A stretch of 64,000 nt of DNA, from contig OY969099.1 of NCBI GenBank assembly GCA_963697875.1, positions 88,419-152,418 of the forward strand, given 5' to 3'. How positions within the stretch are numbered: the stretch's first letter is position 1; every line of letters starts with the position of its first letter. The notes beneath the pieces were generated by a model. That model saw only the letters and a list, made by a program, of their open reading frames with translations. It was not told the origin of the DNA and ran no database searches. Source of the DNA: an uncultured Actinomycetes bacterium (GTDB lineage: Bacteria; Actinomycetota; UBA4738; HRBIN12). Made by a program: the position numbers and the translations under genes. This document shows, one piece after another, positions 1-10,492 of this stretch.

Positions 1-801
1 GAAGAAGCCCCCGTACGCGGCGTCGACGTGCATCCACAGCCCTTCCTGGGCGGCGACCTCGGCGACGGCGTCGAGTGGGTCGATGGCGCCGGTGTTCGTG
101 GTCCCGGCGGCCGGCACCACGAGGAACGGGCGGAGACCCGCCGCTCGATCCGCCCGCACCTGCTCGCGAAGCGCCTCTGGGTCCATCCGGAGCTCGAGGT
201 CGGTCGGGATGATGCGGACGTTCCGGCGCGAGAAGCCCGCGAGGGCCGCGGCCTTGGTCACCGACGCGTGGGTCTGCGCGCTCACGTAGTAGACGCCGTC
301 CAGGAAGTCTTCGCCGAGCCGGTCGTGGCGCGCCGTCACGACGGCCGAGAAGTTGGCCATCGAGCCGCCCGAGGTGAGGATCCCGCGCGCGTCCTGCGGA
401 TACCCGAAGAGATCGCACAGCCAGCGAACGACGTTCTGCTCGATCTGCACGACGCCCGGCGCGGGCACCCACAGGTTCACGAACCGGTTCGTCCCGAGCG
501 TCAGCAGGTCGGCGATCGCCGACGCGAAGAGCCCTCCGCCGGGGATGTAGGCGAGGTAGCCGGGCCCCGCGAACTCGTACGTGTGCCCCCAGGCCTGGCG
601 GAACTCCTCGAGCGCCTCGTCGAACGAGCCGCCCACCTCCGGCGGCGCCGCGCGGAGCCGCTCGGCGATCGCGAGGCCGCCCTCGCTCTTGTCGGCGGGC
701 GCGGTCTCGAGGCCCTCCATGAAGGACACGACGTGGTCGAGGGCCGCCTCCCCCATCGCGCGCATGTCGTCGGGTTTGGGGTCGAGGGGGAACCCGCTCA
801 C
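1..801 (-). CDS. PLP-dependent (group II) amino acid decarboxylase, runs off the left edge
   Basis: Hand translation from GTG 801: MSGFPLDP...YLAYIPGGG...GILTSGGSMANF...AGTTNTGAIDPL...WMHVDAAYGGFF. GTGA overlap with upstream ORF. Confidence 0.9.
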   Translation of the reverse strand, partial: MSGFPLDPKPDDMRAMGEAALDHVVSFMEGLETAPADKSEGGLAIAERLRAAPPEVGGSFDEALEEFRQAWGHTYEFAGPGYLAYIPGGGLFASAIADLLTLGTNRFVNLWVPAPGVVQIEQNVVRWLCDLFGYPQDARGILTSGGSMANFSAVVTARHDRLGEDFLDGVYYVSAQTHASVTKAAALAGFSRRNVRIIPTDLELRMDPEALREQVRADRAAGLRPFLVVPAAGTTNTGAIDPLDAVAEVAAQEGLWMHVDAAYGGFF

Positions 802-1004
802 GCGGTCCTCCGCGTGACGGCGTCGAGGAGCCTGCGAGAGGTCTCCGCGACGTCGTCCACGGCTGCGTCGAACGCCTCCTTGTTTCGGTTGGACGGTTCT
901 CGGAAGCCGCTCACCTTGCGGACGAACTGCAGGGCCGCCTCGCGGATCTCGTCCTCGGTCGCCACGCCCTCGGGGCCGCGCAGCCGCTTGATGCTCCGGC
1001 ACAT
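798..1004 (-). CDS. DUF2277 family small protein (68 aa)
   Basis: MCRSIKRLR...EIREAALQFVRKVSGF..PS..N.EAF signature. Confidence 0.85.
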   Translation of the reverse strand: MCRSIKRLRGPEGVATEDEIREAALQFVRKVSGFREPSNRNKEAFDAAVDDVAETSRRLLDAVTRRTA

Positions 1005-1030
1005 GGGCGGAACCCTACCGCGCGTCGTGC

Positions 1031-3193
1031 CTAACGTCCGACCAGGGCACACGCGCGGGCCGACGCCGCGCGCGCTCGTTCCACGTCCTCGGCCGAAGGG
1101 CGTTGGTGCGGCCGCGCGAATCGCTGTCGCTCGAAGATGCGGACCACGGTCTCGGCGAGCGAGCGGACCTCGGGGACGACGTCGTCGGAGTCCAGGCCGG
1201 CGATCAGCTCGCTCGGGGTCTCGGACGGATGCCGGTGGTGACCCGAGTCCGCCAGCGCGGCGACGAGCTCCTCGAAGGCGGCACCGATCGCGTCGAGGGG
1301 CTGGCGCCGTTCGCGGCGCCGGCGCCGAGCGAGGATCCCGAGTGCGAGCGCCGAGACCGCCGCGATCCACACCAAGACGCGTCCCGCCGTCACGGCGGCC
1401 ACCATGCGTCCCGTCGCCGCCACGACGGCCTTCACCGGCCGCGGCACGGCGTGCGCGATCGATCGGCCAATCATCGCCAGGAGCTGGGGTGCGACGAACC
1501 ACGAGCCCCACGACTGCTGCGCGGCGGGCACACCGAACGTCGGGTCGTACGGCAGCCAGCCCGCGCCGGGGTAGTAGACCTCGACCCAGGCATGCGCGTC
1601 GGACTGCCGTACCTCGAAGTAGCCGGTGAGCGGGTTGCGTTCGCCGGGCCCGTAGCCGGTCACCACGCGTGTCGGGATGCTCGATGCTCGCAGCAGAACG
1701 GCCATCGCGCTCGCGATGTGCTCGCAGAACCCCCGGCGCGTGTCGAACAGGAAATGGTCCACCGCGTCGACGCCGTCGGGCTCACGAGGGACCGTCAGGT
1801 CGTAGGTCGTGTGCTGCTGCAGCCACGACTGCACCGCCATGGTCGCGTCGAACTCGGATCGAGCGCCGGCAACGATCGACCGCGCCAGCTCGACGTCGCG
1901 TGCAGGAAGGTCCGCCGGGAGCTGCAGGTACGGACGGAGCGCCCGCGCGTCTGTGCGCGGCGCCGGCAGGCGCCGTAGCAGGTCGGGCTCGATCGACGGG
2001 ATCTCGGACTCGACCGAGTACACGAGGCCCTGGTCCAAGAGGATCGGGGAACGGATCGAACCGTCCTCGCTCACACGCAGACCCCCGGCCGGGAAGTACA
2101 CGGTGTCCACCCGCGCCGCGCCGAACAGCACGTTCGGCTGTGGCGTGTCGATGTAGAAGGTCTGGACCAACCGCGTCGCGTACGTCGGAGCGAGGCTGAC
2201 GTCGAGCCGGCCCGGAGGCACCGAGAGGCCGTCGACCAGGTCCCAGGCGGACACCGGCCGCAACCGATCGCTCGAGGCCGTCCACACCCGGCCGTCGAAG
2301 GTGTCGAACGCCTCCGCTCGCCAGAGTGCAGGCCGGCTCGCGCGCACGCGGAACGCGATCTGGTCCGAGAGCTGGCCTCTGGCCCGGAGGTCCATCGCGT
2401 CGCTGAATCCCGGGTAGCCGTCCGGAGCGAAGTCCACGACCCCGTCGGACCCGGCGGGCGGGAGCCCGGGATTGCCGATCGCGTCATCTGGCGCGGCCGA
2501 CGGAGCGCGGTCGCCGAGCGAGAACGGGGGTGTGCGCACGAGCGAGGCCGGTACGTGCGGCATGACCATGAACACCGCCGCCCCCGCCGCCAGTGCCGCG
2601 ACCCATGCGAGGGAGCCGGAGCGGACGCCCGCGAGGCGTTGGCGGCGCCGGGTTCGCACGTGTCGGATCGAGAGCGGTTCGGCGACCTGGTCTGGACGAG
2701 GCCGCGCCGAGAGCCGCAGCCAGGTCCCGGCGAGCGCCGCCCACGCGAGCAGGTACCAAACGAAGCCGGTGGTGAGCGCGAGCACGCCGGCCGCCGCGAT
2801 CAGCGTGGTGCTCGACACCATGGAGAACGCCAGGTCGCGCCGACGCGGGACGTCGAACGCGTGGAGCACCTGGACCCACAGGAACAGCGTCGCGAGGGGC
2901 ACGCGCGCCTCGTCGACGGTGCGCACGACCCGCGCGTGATCGAGGAACTGCCCAAGCGCGACGAACAGCCCGGCCGCCAGCAGGAGCTTCACGACGACGC
3001 CGGATCGCCGGCGACGCACGTAGGAGAACGCGTAGGCGGCCGGGGCGAGCACCGCAGACACGATGCCGACCGCCGGGTCGACGGCCCCGCGGGACACGAC
3101 GGCGAGGATCCCGACCTCCACCGCGAACGCGACCACCACCCGCATCGCGAGCGAGTCCTCGGGCGGACCGGAAGCGTGCGCGCGCAGCTTCAC
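1031..3193 (-). CDS. TgpA-like membrane transglutaminase-domain protein (DUF3488 + transglutaminase)
   Basis: N-terminal TM helices; GFCEHIASAMAVLLR and DAHAWVEVY...W..YDPT catalytic motifs; follows DUF58/MoxR. Confidence 0.9.
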   Translation of the reverse strand: MKLRAHASGPPEDSLAMRVVVAFAVEVGILAVVSRGAVDPAVGIVSAVLAPAAYAFSYVRRRRSGVVVKLLLAAGLFVALGQFLDHARVVRTVDEARVPLATLFLWVQVLHAFDVPRRRDLAFSMVSSTTLIAAAGVLALTTGFVWYLLAWAALAGTWLRLSARPRPDQVAEPLSIRHVRTRRRQRLAGVRSGSLAWVAALAAGAAVFMVMPHVPASLVRTPPFSLGDRAPSAAPDDAIGNPGLPPAGSDGVVDFAPDGYPGFSDAMDLRARGQLSDQIAFRVRASRPALWRAEAFDTFDGRVWTASSDRLRPVSAWDLVDGLSVPPGRLDVSLAPTYATRLVQTFYIDTPQPNVLFGAARVDTVYFPAGGLRVSEDGSIRSPILLDQGLVYSVESEIPSIEPDLLRRLPAPRTDARALRPYLQLPADLPARDVELARSIVAGARSEFDATMAVQSWLQQHTTYDLTVPREPDGVDAVDHFLFDTRRGFCEHIASAMAVLLRASSIPTRVVTGYGPGERNPLTGYFEVRQSDAHAWVEVYYPGAGWLPYDPTFGVPAAQQSWGSWFVAPQLLAMIGRSIAHAVPRPVKAVVAATGRMVAAVTAGRVLVWIAAVSALALGILARRRRRERRQPLDAIGAAFEELVAALADSGHHRHPSETPSELIAGLDSDDVVPEVRSLAETVVRIFERQRFARPHQRPSAEDVERARAASARACALVGR

Positions 3194-4320
3194 GCCCGCA
3201 CCTCGTTCGCCAGGTCAAGCATCGCGGCCGCGTCCCGGTCGTCGTCGGGACCGATCGGAACCGGGACCACCACGACGCGCGCGACGAGACCGGTCAGCCG
3301 ACGGACCGCGGCTTCCGACCGCACGACGTCTCGATCCGGCCACGAGGGGACGACGACGAGCGCCGTCTCCACCCCGCGAAGCTCGGCGTGCCCCAGGCCG
3401 TCGAGGACGTCGTCGAGCGGCCGCGCCGACGCCTCGAGCCGGGCGAGCCACCGGAGACCCTCCTCGCCACACGCGCCGAAGAGCACGTCCACCGCACCGG
3501 TCCGGCGCGCCGCGATCAAGCGGACCCCGTGCCCGTGCGCGAGCGCCGCGTCCATCACGGACGCCGCGACGCTGCACCCGCGATCGAGCGGCGTCCACGA
3601 GGTTCCCGCGTCGCGCTCGGTGTCGACGACGACCGCGAGACGCCGCGTCTGTTCCTCTTCGAACTCCCGCACCATGACCTGGCCGTGACGCGCCGTCAGC
3701 GGCCAGTGGACGTGGCGCAGGGAGTCGCCCGATCGATACTCGCGGACGCTCAGGTACTCGGGGCCGCGGCCCGGGCGAGGCGAGGTGTGGATCGCCGCCT
3801 CGGTCGTGCTGACGGGGACGACGTACCGTGGCGGACTCATCGGGACGACCCGTGGGAGCACGAGCGTCGCGGCGTCGACCGGCAACCGTCGGCTGCGCTC
3901 GGCGACACCGAACGGCGCGCTCGAGCGAACCGTCACGGACGTCGTCCGGACGTCCCCGCGTCGCAGCGGGCGGCGGAAGGTCGTGAGGTCCACGCGCTCC
4001 CCCGGCCCGACGGAGGCGACGTAGACCTCCGTCGGCCAGAGGTGGGCGTCGGCCACAACGACCGCCCAGCGGGTGCCCAGCCCCCGGTTCGTGAGGCGGA
4101 GATCGACGAACGAATCCTCGCCCTGCATCGCCTCGCGCGGCGACACGAGCTCGACGTGAAGACCGCGGAGCGCCGCGAACGGCAGCACCAGCCCGGCCAC
4201 CAGGGCGCCCAGCAGGAGTGCCGCCAATACGTAGAGCCAGCCTGCCTGGACGTTCGTGCCGATCACGAACAGGATGGCGGCGCCGCCGAGGAGCGATGCG
4301 GCCCGCTTGCGCAGCCGCAT
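3190..4320 (-). CDS. DUF58 domain protein
   Basis: EYLSVREYRSGDSLRHVHWPLTAR..VMVREFE motif. Confidence 0.9.
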   Translation of the reverse strand: MRLRKRAASLLGGAAILFVIGTNVQAGWLYVLAALLLGALVAGLVLPFAALRGLHVELVSPREAMQGEDSFVDLRLTNRGLGTRWAVVVADAHLWPTEVYVASVGPGERVDLTTFRRPLRRGDVRTTSVTVRSSAPFGVAERSRRLPVDAATLVLPRVVPMSPPRYVVPVSTTEAAIHTSPRPGRGPEYLSVREYRSGDSLRHVHWPLTARHGQVMVREFEEEQTRRLAVVVDTERDAGTSWTPLDRGCSVAASVMDAALAHGHGVRLIAARRTGAVDVLFGACGEEGLRWLARLEASARPLDDVLDGLGHAELRGVETALVVVPSWPDRDVVRSEAAVRRLTGLVARVVVVPVPIGPDDDRDAAAMLDLANEVRA

Positions 4321-4325
4321 CGAGA

Positions 4326-5297
4326 TCAGCCCTGGCGAGCGACGTGCAACGGGATCGGAACCTCGTCGAGGAGCCGGCGCACCACACCACGGCACGTCTG
4401 GCCGCCACCCCGGCTCTCGTTGGGAACCAGACGGTGCGCGAGCGCAGCGACGGCCAGCGCCTTGACGTCGTCGGGCAACGTGTAGTCACGGCCCAGCGAC
4501 AGCGCGCGTGCCTGCGCCGTCCGGACGAGCCACACGCTCGCCCGCGGCGAGGCTCCGAGCGCGATCTCCTGCGCCTCCCGCGTCGCCTGCGTCAGCGCGA
4601 CCGCGTACTGGAGCACCGCCTCGTCGACGAACACCTCACGGACGGCAGACTGCGCCGCGAGCACGTCGCCGGGCGTCAGCACCGGCCGGAGGTCGCGGAG
4701 CGGGTGCCGTTCGAGCTGGCGCCGCACCAGGCCGGTGGATCCGTCGGCGTCCGGATACCCGACGCCGACCGCCAGCGCGAACCGGTCGAGCTGTCCCTCG
4801 GGCAACGGGTACGTGCCGTGCTGCTCCACCGGATTCTCGGTGGCGATCACGAGGTACGGCTCGGGCAGCCGGTGGGTGACTCCCTCGACGGTGACCTGGC
4901 GCTCCTCCATCGGTTCCAGCAACGCCGACTGGGTGCGCGGCGTCGTCCGGTTCACCTCGTCGACGAGCACGACGTTGGCGAACACCGGCCCGGGGACGAA
5001 GCGGAACGCTCCATGAGCCTGGTCGTAGACGCTGATGCCGGTCAGGTCGCTCGGCAGCAGGTCCGGCGTGGCCTGGATCCGGCTGAAGTCCCCGCCGATC
5101 GACACCGCGAGCGACCGCGCCAGCGTCGTCTTCCCGACCCCGGGGACGCCCTCCAGCAGGAGGTTGCCGTCCGCGAACAGGCAGATCGCCGACGTCTGCA
5201 CGGCGAGGTCGTTCCCGGCGATGACCTCGCGGACGTTCTCGACCAGCCGCCGGAACGCCGCGGTCGCCTCGCCGAACGCAGGCTGCGGCTCGAGCAC
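4326..5297 (-). CDS. moxR: MoxR family AAA+ ATPase
   Basis: LLEGVPGVGKT, RIQATPDLLPSD, DEVNR, ATENPVEQHGTYPLPEGQLDRF. Confidence 0.95.
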   Translation of the reverse strand: MLEPQPAFGEATAAFRRLVENVREVIAGNDLAVQTSAICLFADGNLLLEGVPGVGKTTLARSLAVSIGGDFSRIQATPDLLPSDLTGISVYDQAHGAFRFVPGPVFANVVLVDEVNRTTPRTQSALLEPMEERQVTVEGVTHRLPEPYLVIATENPVEQHGTYPLPEGQLDRFALAVGVGYPDADGSTGLVRRQLERHPLRDLRPVLTPGDVLAAQSAVREVFVDEAVLQYAVALTQATREAQEIALGASPRASVWLVRTAQARALSLGRDYTLPDDVKALAVAALAHRLVPNESRGGGQTCRGVVRRLLDEVPIPLHVARQG

Positions 5298-5336
5298 GCT
5301 TCAGGCTTCGACCCCGCGCGGCCCGCCCTTGAGGGG

Positions 5337-6179
5337 TCAGCCGTCCCTGCGCGCGCGGAGCGTCCACATCAACGGGATCGTTCCCTGCTGGTCCGGCGGG
5401 AACCCCCATCGGTCCTCGCCGAGGGGGACCAGCCAGGGCAGCTCCCATTCGAGCCACGGCTTCTCGTCGAGCAGCTCGATGCGGAGGCCGTGGCGGGCCA
5501 GGCCCGTGACGATCCTGCCGAGCGGGTGGTTCCAGCCGTGCTCGACCTCGGCCTCGACCTCGGCGTCGCGGTCCGCGTAGGTCCCCTGCACGGGGAAGCT
5601 CAGGGTCCGACCGCCCCAGTAGTCGAAGGCGAGGGTGAGCGGGTTGGGCACCGTCTGCTCCTCGGCGATCGTCTGCACGACCGGATGGATCTCGTGCAGG
5701 TAGAACAGGCCGCCGGGCGCGACGCACCCGGCGACGACGTCCGCCCAGCGGTCGATGTCGGGCAGCCATCCGAGCACCCCACGCGACGTGTAGACGACGT
5801 CGAAGGTCTCTCCCGCGAGGGCCTCGGGCATCGAGGACACGTCGGACTCGACGAACCGCGCCGTCCCTCCCAGGCCGACCTCCTCGGCCAGCCGTCGCGC
5901 GAAAGCGATGGCCGAGGGCGAGAAGTCGACCCCGGTGACCTGCGCGCCCAGGCGCGCCCACGACAGGGTGTCGAGCCCGAAGTGACACTGCACGTGCAGC
6001 AGCGTCTTCCCCGTGACGTCGCCGACGTCGTCGCGCTCGAACGGCCGGATCCTGATGTCGGCCGGATCGGTCCGGAACCGTTCGACGTCGTAGAAGGACC
6101 CCGTCGTGTGGATCGCGGTCCACGCCTCCCAGAGTCGCTTGTTGTCGGCGAGCTCTCCCGCGTGCGGATCCTCGTTCAC
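5337..6179 (-). CDS. Class I SAM-dependent methyltransferase
   Basis: LHVQCHFGLDTLSWARLGAQVTGVDFS, FDVVYTSRGVLGWLPD; GTG start inferred at 6179. Confidence 0.9.
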   Translation of the reverse strand: MNEDPHAGELADNKRLWEAWTAIHTTGSFYDVERFRTDPADIRIRPFERDDVGDVTGKTLLHVQCHFGLDTLSWARLGAQVTGVDFSPSAIAFARRLAEEVGLGGTARFVESDVSSMPEALAGETFDVVYTSRGVLGWLPDIDRWADVVAGCVAPGGLFYLHEIHPVVQTIAEEQTVPNPLTLAFDYWGGRTLSFPVQGTYADRDAEVEAEVEHGWNHPLGRIVTGLARHGLRIELLDEKPWLEWELPWLVPLGEDRWGFPPDQQGTIPLMWTLRARRDG

Positions 6180-7204
6180 GACGTCCGCTTCGCCGCCAGA
6201 GCGCCGACCGCCTCGAGCACGCACCGGTGCGCCAGCGCCGCCGTCACCTCCGCGTGGTCGTACGGCGGCGACACCTCGACCACATCCATCCCCACCAGGT
6301 CGACGGCGCCGACGATCTGGCGGATCGCGCGAAGCAGCTCGCGCGGCAGCATGCCGCCCGGCTCGGGCGTGCCGGTCCCCGGCGCGTTCCCCGGGTCCAC
6401 GACGTCGATGTCGACGGAGAGGTAGATGCACTCGGGCCCGTCGAGTGCCTCGCCGATCGCGTCGGCGATCACCGCCTCGCTCCCCCGCTCCTCCATCTCG
6501 GTCATGCGATGCCACCGCATACCCTGCTCGTCCATCCAGTCGAACGTCTCCTTCTCGGGCCAGTAGCCGCGAAGCCCGAGCTGCACGAAGTTCCGCCCGG
6601 CGACCCAGCCTTCCTCGATCAGCTTCCGCATCGGCGTGCCGTGGCTGAGGAGCGACCCCCAGACCTCGAGGCCCGTGTCGGCGTGCGCGTCGAAGTGGAT
6701 CAGACCGACCGTCCGGGGATGCACGGCGCGAACGACCGCGGCACAGGAGGGATACGTGATCGCGTGGTCGCCGCCGAGCACGATCGGGACGGCGCCCGTC
6801 CGCGCCACTCGGAGGACCTTCTCGTGCACGACGCGCAGGGCGCGCTCGAGCCGTGACGCGACCACCGGCGCGTCGCCCGCGTCGGCGCACCGCACCTTGT
6901 CGAACAGCGACGTCTGCAGCTGGATCGACCACAGGTCGCCCGAGTGGTAGGTGGCGGCGCGGATCGCGCGCGGCCCGAACCGCGCGCCTGGACGGTTGGA
7001 CGCCCCCTCGTCGACCGGCGCGCCGACGATCGCGACCTCCGGCGCATAGGCCGCCAGCGCCTCGTCGTCGGGGATCCAGGGAAGCTTCTGGAACGACGTG
7101 GAGCCGACGTAGCTCGGGAGTTCCGCGTCGGAGAACTCGTCGTACTCGGAGGCTCCCTCCAGGAGCTCGGAGCGTTCGATCCGGAACTCGGGGGCGTCGG
7201 CCAT
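6176..7204 (-). CDS. speB: Agmatinase / ureohydrolase family
   Basis: GARFGPRAIR, LGGDHAI, HFDAHADT, SHGTP, SVDIDVVDP...PGTGTPEPGG. Confidence 0.85.
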   Translation of the reverse strand: MADAPEFRIERSELLEGASEYDEFSDAELPSYVGSTSFQKLPWIPDDEALAAYAPEVAIVGAPVDEGASNRPGARFGPRAIRAATYHSGDLWSIQLQTSLFDKVRCADAGDAPVVASRLERALRVVHEKVLRVARTGAVPIVLGGDHAITYPSCAAVVRAVHPRTVGLIHFDAHADTGLEVWGSLLSHGTPMRKLIEEGWVAGRNFVQLGLRGYWPEKETFDWMDEQGMRWHRMTEMEERGSEAVIADAIGEALDGPECIYLSVDIDVVDPGNAPGTGTPEPGGMLPRELLRAIRQIVGAVDLVGMDVVEVSPPYDHAEVTAALAHRCVLEAVGALAAKRTS

Positions 7205-7209
7205 CGGGG

Positions 7210-8784
7210 CTAACGCTTGTCCTTCAGCAGCTGCTTCGCCGCGTTGGCACCGGGGCCGCCGGTGACGCCGCCGCCCGGGTGCGCCCCCGAGCCCGCAAGG
7301 TACAGGCCGTCGAGCGCGAACGCGTACCGGGCGTGCCCCAGGAGCGGGCGCCACGCGAAGAACTGGTCCAAACCCGGCTCCGCATGCTGGACGTGCCCAC
7401 CCGCCAGTCCGTGAGCGGTCTCCATGTCCTCGGGGGTGATCACCTGCCGGGCCTCGATCAGCTCGCCGAGTCCGGGCGCGTACCGTTCCAGCGTCTTGAC
7501 GACGATGTCGCCGACGCGGTCGCGCTCGGTCGCCCAGTCGCCGTCGCGCAGGTGCCTCGGCGCCGCCTGGAACACGACGCTCATGACGTGCTTGCCCGCG
7601 GGCGCCAACGAGGGGTCGACGAGCGTCGGGATCGTCGCCTCGAGGAGCGGTTCCTCGGCCACCCGGCCGTACTTGTGCGCGTCCATCGCAAGCTCGACGT
7701 CGTCGATCGACGGGGCGATCACGATCCGGCCCCGCAGGCGCTCGGCCCCGTCGGCGCCGTTGAACACCGGCAGCGACGAGAGCGCGAGGTTCACCCGGGC
7801 GGTCGCCCCGGGCTGACGGATGTTCTCCCCGCGCCACACCAGAGCCGGGCCGAGGTCTGCCGGGTCGCAGAGCCGGAGAGTCGTCTTCGGATCGGCCGCG
7901 GAGACCAGGACCCTGGCGTCCAGCTCGGTGCCGTCGGTGAGGGTGACCCCCGACACACGGCCGTCTTTGCTGCGGATCTCCGCCACCGTCGCCGCCGTCC
8001 TGATCTCCGCGCCGGCGGTGGCCGCGGCGCTCGCAAGCGCCGCGGCCAGGGCACCGGTGCCGCCACGCGCGAAGACCGCCGTTCCCGCGGCGCCGCCGTC
8101 GTTGCCGGCGGAGTCGTTCAGGAGCACGAACGCAGTCCCGGTCGCCCAGGCCCCCATCGAGGTGAACAGCACGCCGCGGCTGGCGAGCGGGCCGCGCACG
8201 GCCTCCTCCTCGAAGACCTCCTGGACGAGGTCCGCGACCGCCATCGGCGCCGCCCGGATCGCCTCGCGCCCAGGCTTGGGCCCGAGGTCGCGGAACCGCT
8301 TGCCGAGCTTCAGCCCGAGCATCGCGTCGGCGATCGAGGGCGACTTCGGGTCAGGCGGCGTCGCGACGTTCACGTAGGCGAGGAAGCTCGCGATCGACCG
8401 GATCTTCTGATCGAACGCGCCGAACCGATCGGCGTCGTGCGTGCTCCGAGAGCGAAGCTCGTCGACCGTCCTCGCGGGCTCGGTCCAGAAGGTCACCGCC
8501 GACCCGTCGGGCTGGGGAGCGAACATCCGGACATCGGGGGCGATCGGGTCGAACCCGTGCCGGGCCAACCGAAGGTCCTTCACGATCGACGCGCGGAGGC
8601 GTCCGACCGTGTGCACGAGCCCGGGCGCCGTGAAGCCCGGCGCGATCTGGCTCGGTCGCAGGATCCCGCCGACCGCGTCGGACCGTTCGAGCACGGTGAC
8701 CTTCCGGCCTGCCTTCGCCAGGTAGGCGGCTGCGACCAGGCCGTTGTGACCGGCGCCGATCACGACCACGTCGGTCCGCGCCAT
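7210..8784 (-). CDS. Phytoene-dehydrogenase-like FAD oxidoreductase (second paralog)
   Basis: VVVIGAGHNGLVAAAYLA, LYLAGSGAHPGGGVTG.PG; start at MARTDVV. Confidence 0.9.
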   Translation of the reverse strand: MARTDVVVIGAGHNGLVAAAYLAKAGRKVTVLERSDAVGGILRPSQIAPGFTAPGLVHTVGRLRASIVKDLRLARHGFDPIAPDVRMFAPQPDGSAVTFWTEPARTVDELRSRSTHDADRFGAFDQKIRSIASFLAYVNVATPPDPKSPSIADAMLGLKLGKRFRDLGPKPGREAIRAAPMAVADLVQEVFEEEAVRGPLASRGVLFTSMGAWATGTAFVLLNDSAGNDGGAAGTAVFARGGTGALAAALASAAATAGAEIRTAATVAEIRSKDGRVSGVTLTDGTELDARVLVSAADPKTTLRLCDPADLGPALVWRGENIRQPGATARVNLALSSLPVFNGADGAERLRGRIVIAPSIDDVELAMDAHKYGRVAEEPLLEATIPTLVDPSLAPAGKHVMSVVFQAAPRHLRDGDWATERDRVGDIVVKTLERYAPGLGELIEARQVITPEDMETAHGLAGGHVQHAEPGLDQFFAWRPLLGHARYAFALDGLYLAGSGAHPGGGVTGGPGANAAKQLLKDKR

Positions 8785-10385
8785 CAGGCGACCCTCCGCC
8801 CGCGCCGCTTCTCCTTCAGGTACTCGAGCGCCGCGATCCGCCCCGGCGCGCCCATGATGCCGCCGCCCGGATGCGTCGCCGACCCGCACATCCACAGGTC
8901 GCGCACCGGCGTGCGGTAGCGCGCCCACCCGGGTACCGGCCGGTTGAAGAACAGCTGCTCCAGAGACAGCTCGCCCTGGAAGATGTTGCCCTCCGTGAGC
9001 CCCGTGATGTCCTCGATGTCCTTCGGCGTCACGAATTGAGCTCCGACGATGTGCTTCCGGATGTCGGGGAACCGCTCCTCGATCGTGTCGATCACGTTCT
9101 GACCGAAGGCCTCGCGCCTCGCGTCGTCCCACACGTCGCCGTCGGCCAGGTGGTACGGCGCGTACTGTACGAAGCAGCTCATCACGTGCTTGCCCGGAGG
9201 CGCCATCGTCGGATCCACGAGCGTCGGGATGATCATGTCGACGTACGGGCGCTTCGAGAATCGGCCGTACTTCGCGTCGTCGTACGCGCGTTCCATGTAG
9301 TCCAGCGACGGAGAGAACGAGATCGCACCGCGGAGCCATTCGCCCGTCCCCGGCTTGCAGGCGAGCTCCGGGAGCCCGTCGAGCGCCAGGTTCACCTTCC
9401 CGGAGGAGCCCCGGTACTTGTAGCGCAGGACCTCCTCGCGGAACCCGGGCTCCAGGTCGTGCTCCTCCAGCAGCTTGATGAACGTCCAGCGCGAGTCGAG
9501 CGAGGACATCACGACGCCGGCATCGATCTCTTCGCCGGACTCGAGCACGACCCCAGTGGCCCTGCCGCCCTGCGTTCGCACGCGAACGACCGGGCACTCG
9601 GTCCGGATCTCGACGCCCTCGGCGAGCGCAGCGTTGGCGATCGCGTAGGCGATCGCGCCGGTGCCGCCGCGGGGCACGCCCCAGGCCCGGAACGCGCCGT
9701 CGATCTCGCCCATGTAGTGGTGCAGCAGCACGTACGCCGTGCCGGGCGACCGAGGCCCCTGGAACGTGCCGATGATGCCCGACGCGCTCATCGTGGCCTT
9801 TAGGGGCTCGGTCTCGAACCACTGGTCCAGGAAGTCGGCCGCGCTCATCGTCATGAGCTGGATGAACGTGGTCTGCAGCCGTCGTGGCAGGTCCATGTAC
9901 CTGCGCGCGAGCGGCGTCAGCGGCAACCACTCCATCGGCGCGATCTTCCCCGGATCGGGGGGCGGCACGGACAGGATCGGCTTGATGAACCGGCCCATCT
10001 CCGCCATCAGCGGGCCGTACTCCTCGTAGGCCTCGGCGTCGTTGAGCGACCAGCGGCGGAGCTCGCGCACGGTCGTGCCGTGATCGTTCACGCGCCAGAG
10101 GTAGTCGTCCTCGAGCGGCGTGATCGTGCCGTCGAGCGGCAGGATCTCCAGCCCGTGCTTCGGCAGCTGCAATTCGCGGATGATCTCCGGGCGGAGCAGC
10201 GACACCACATAGGAGAAGACCGAGAACTTGAACCCCGGCACGATCTCCTCGGTGAGCGTCGCCCCGCCGAGGATGGGGCGTCGCTCGAGCACGAGCACCT
10301 TGAGCCCGGCCTTCGCGAGGTACGCGGCGTTCACGAGGCCGTTGTGCCCGCCCCCGATCACGACCGCGTCGTATCGCTTGGCCAT
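8784..10385 (-). CDS. Phytoene-dehydrogenase-like FAD oxidoreductase (PYROXD2-like)
   Basis: VIGGGHNGLV.AAYLA, GNIFQGEL, CGSATHPGGGIMGAPG. Confidence 0.9.
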   Translation of the reverse strand: MAKRYDAVVIGGGHNGLVNAAYLAKAGLKVLVLERRPILGGATLTEEIVPGFKFSVFSYVVSLLRPEIIRELQLPKHGLEILPLDGTITPLEDDYLWRVNDHGTTVRELRRWSLNDAEAYEEYGPLMAEMGRFIKPILSVPPPDPGKIAPMEWLPLTPLARRYMDLPRRLQTTFIQLMTMSAADFLDQWFETEPLKATMSASGIIGTFQGPRSPGTAYVLLHHYMGEIDGAFRAWGVPRGGTGAIAYAIANAALAEGVEIRTECPVVRVRTQGGRATGVVLESGEEIDAGVVMSSLDSRWTFIKLLEEHDLEPGFREEVLRYKYRGSSGKVNLALDGLPELACKPGTGEWLRGAISFSPSLDYMERAYDDAKYGRFSKRPYVDMIIPTLVDPTMAPPGKHVMSCFVQYAPYHLADGDVWDDARREAFGQNVIDTIEERFPDIRKHIVGAQFVTPKDIEDITGLTEGNIFQGELSLEQLFFNRPVPGWARYRTPVRDLWMCGSATHPGGGIMGAPGRIAALEYLKEKRRGRRVA

Positions 10386-10492
10386 CCGAGCCGGATGCTA
10401 GCCGCGGCCTTTCCCCTCAGCCAAACGCCCGTTGACCTGAGGTCAGCGCGCTCGTGCAGGGGGGACGGTCCCTCGCGGGTACGCTACGGCAC

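Noticed and set aside
28-1629. Long Arg/Pro-rich ORFs such as 28-1629, 4218-6425, 11444-13609, 32441-34984, 36923-39283 and 59960-62377
   Set aside because: Antisense or off-frame shadows of real genes, expected at high GC; no family motifs
7210-10385. Carotenoid biosynthesis (crtI-like pair)
   Set aside because: No crtB/crtE nearby; context is amine metabolism
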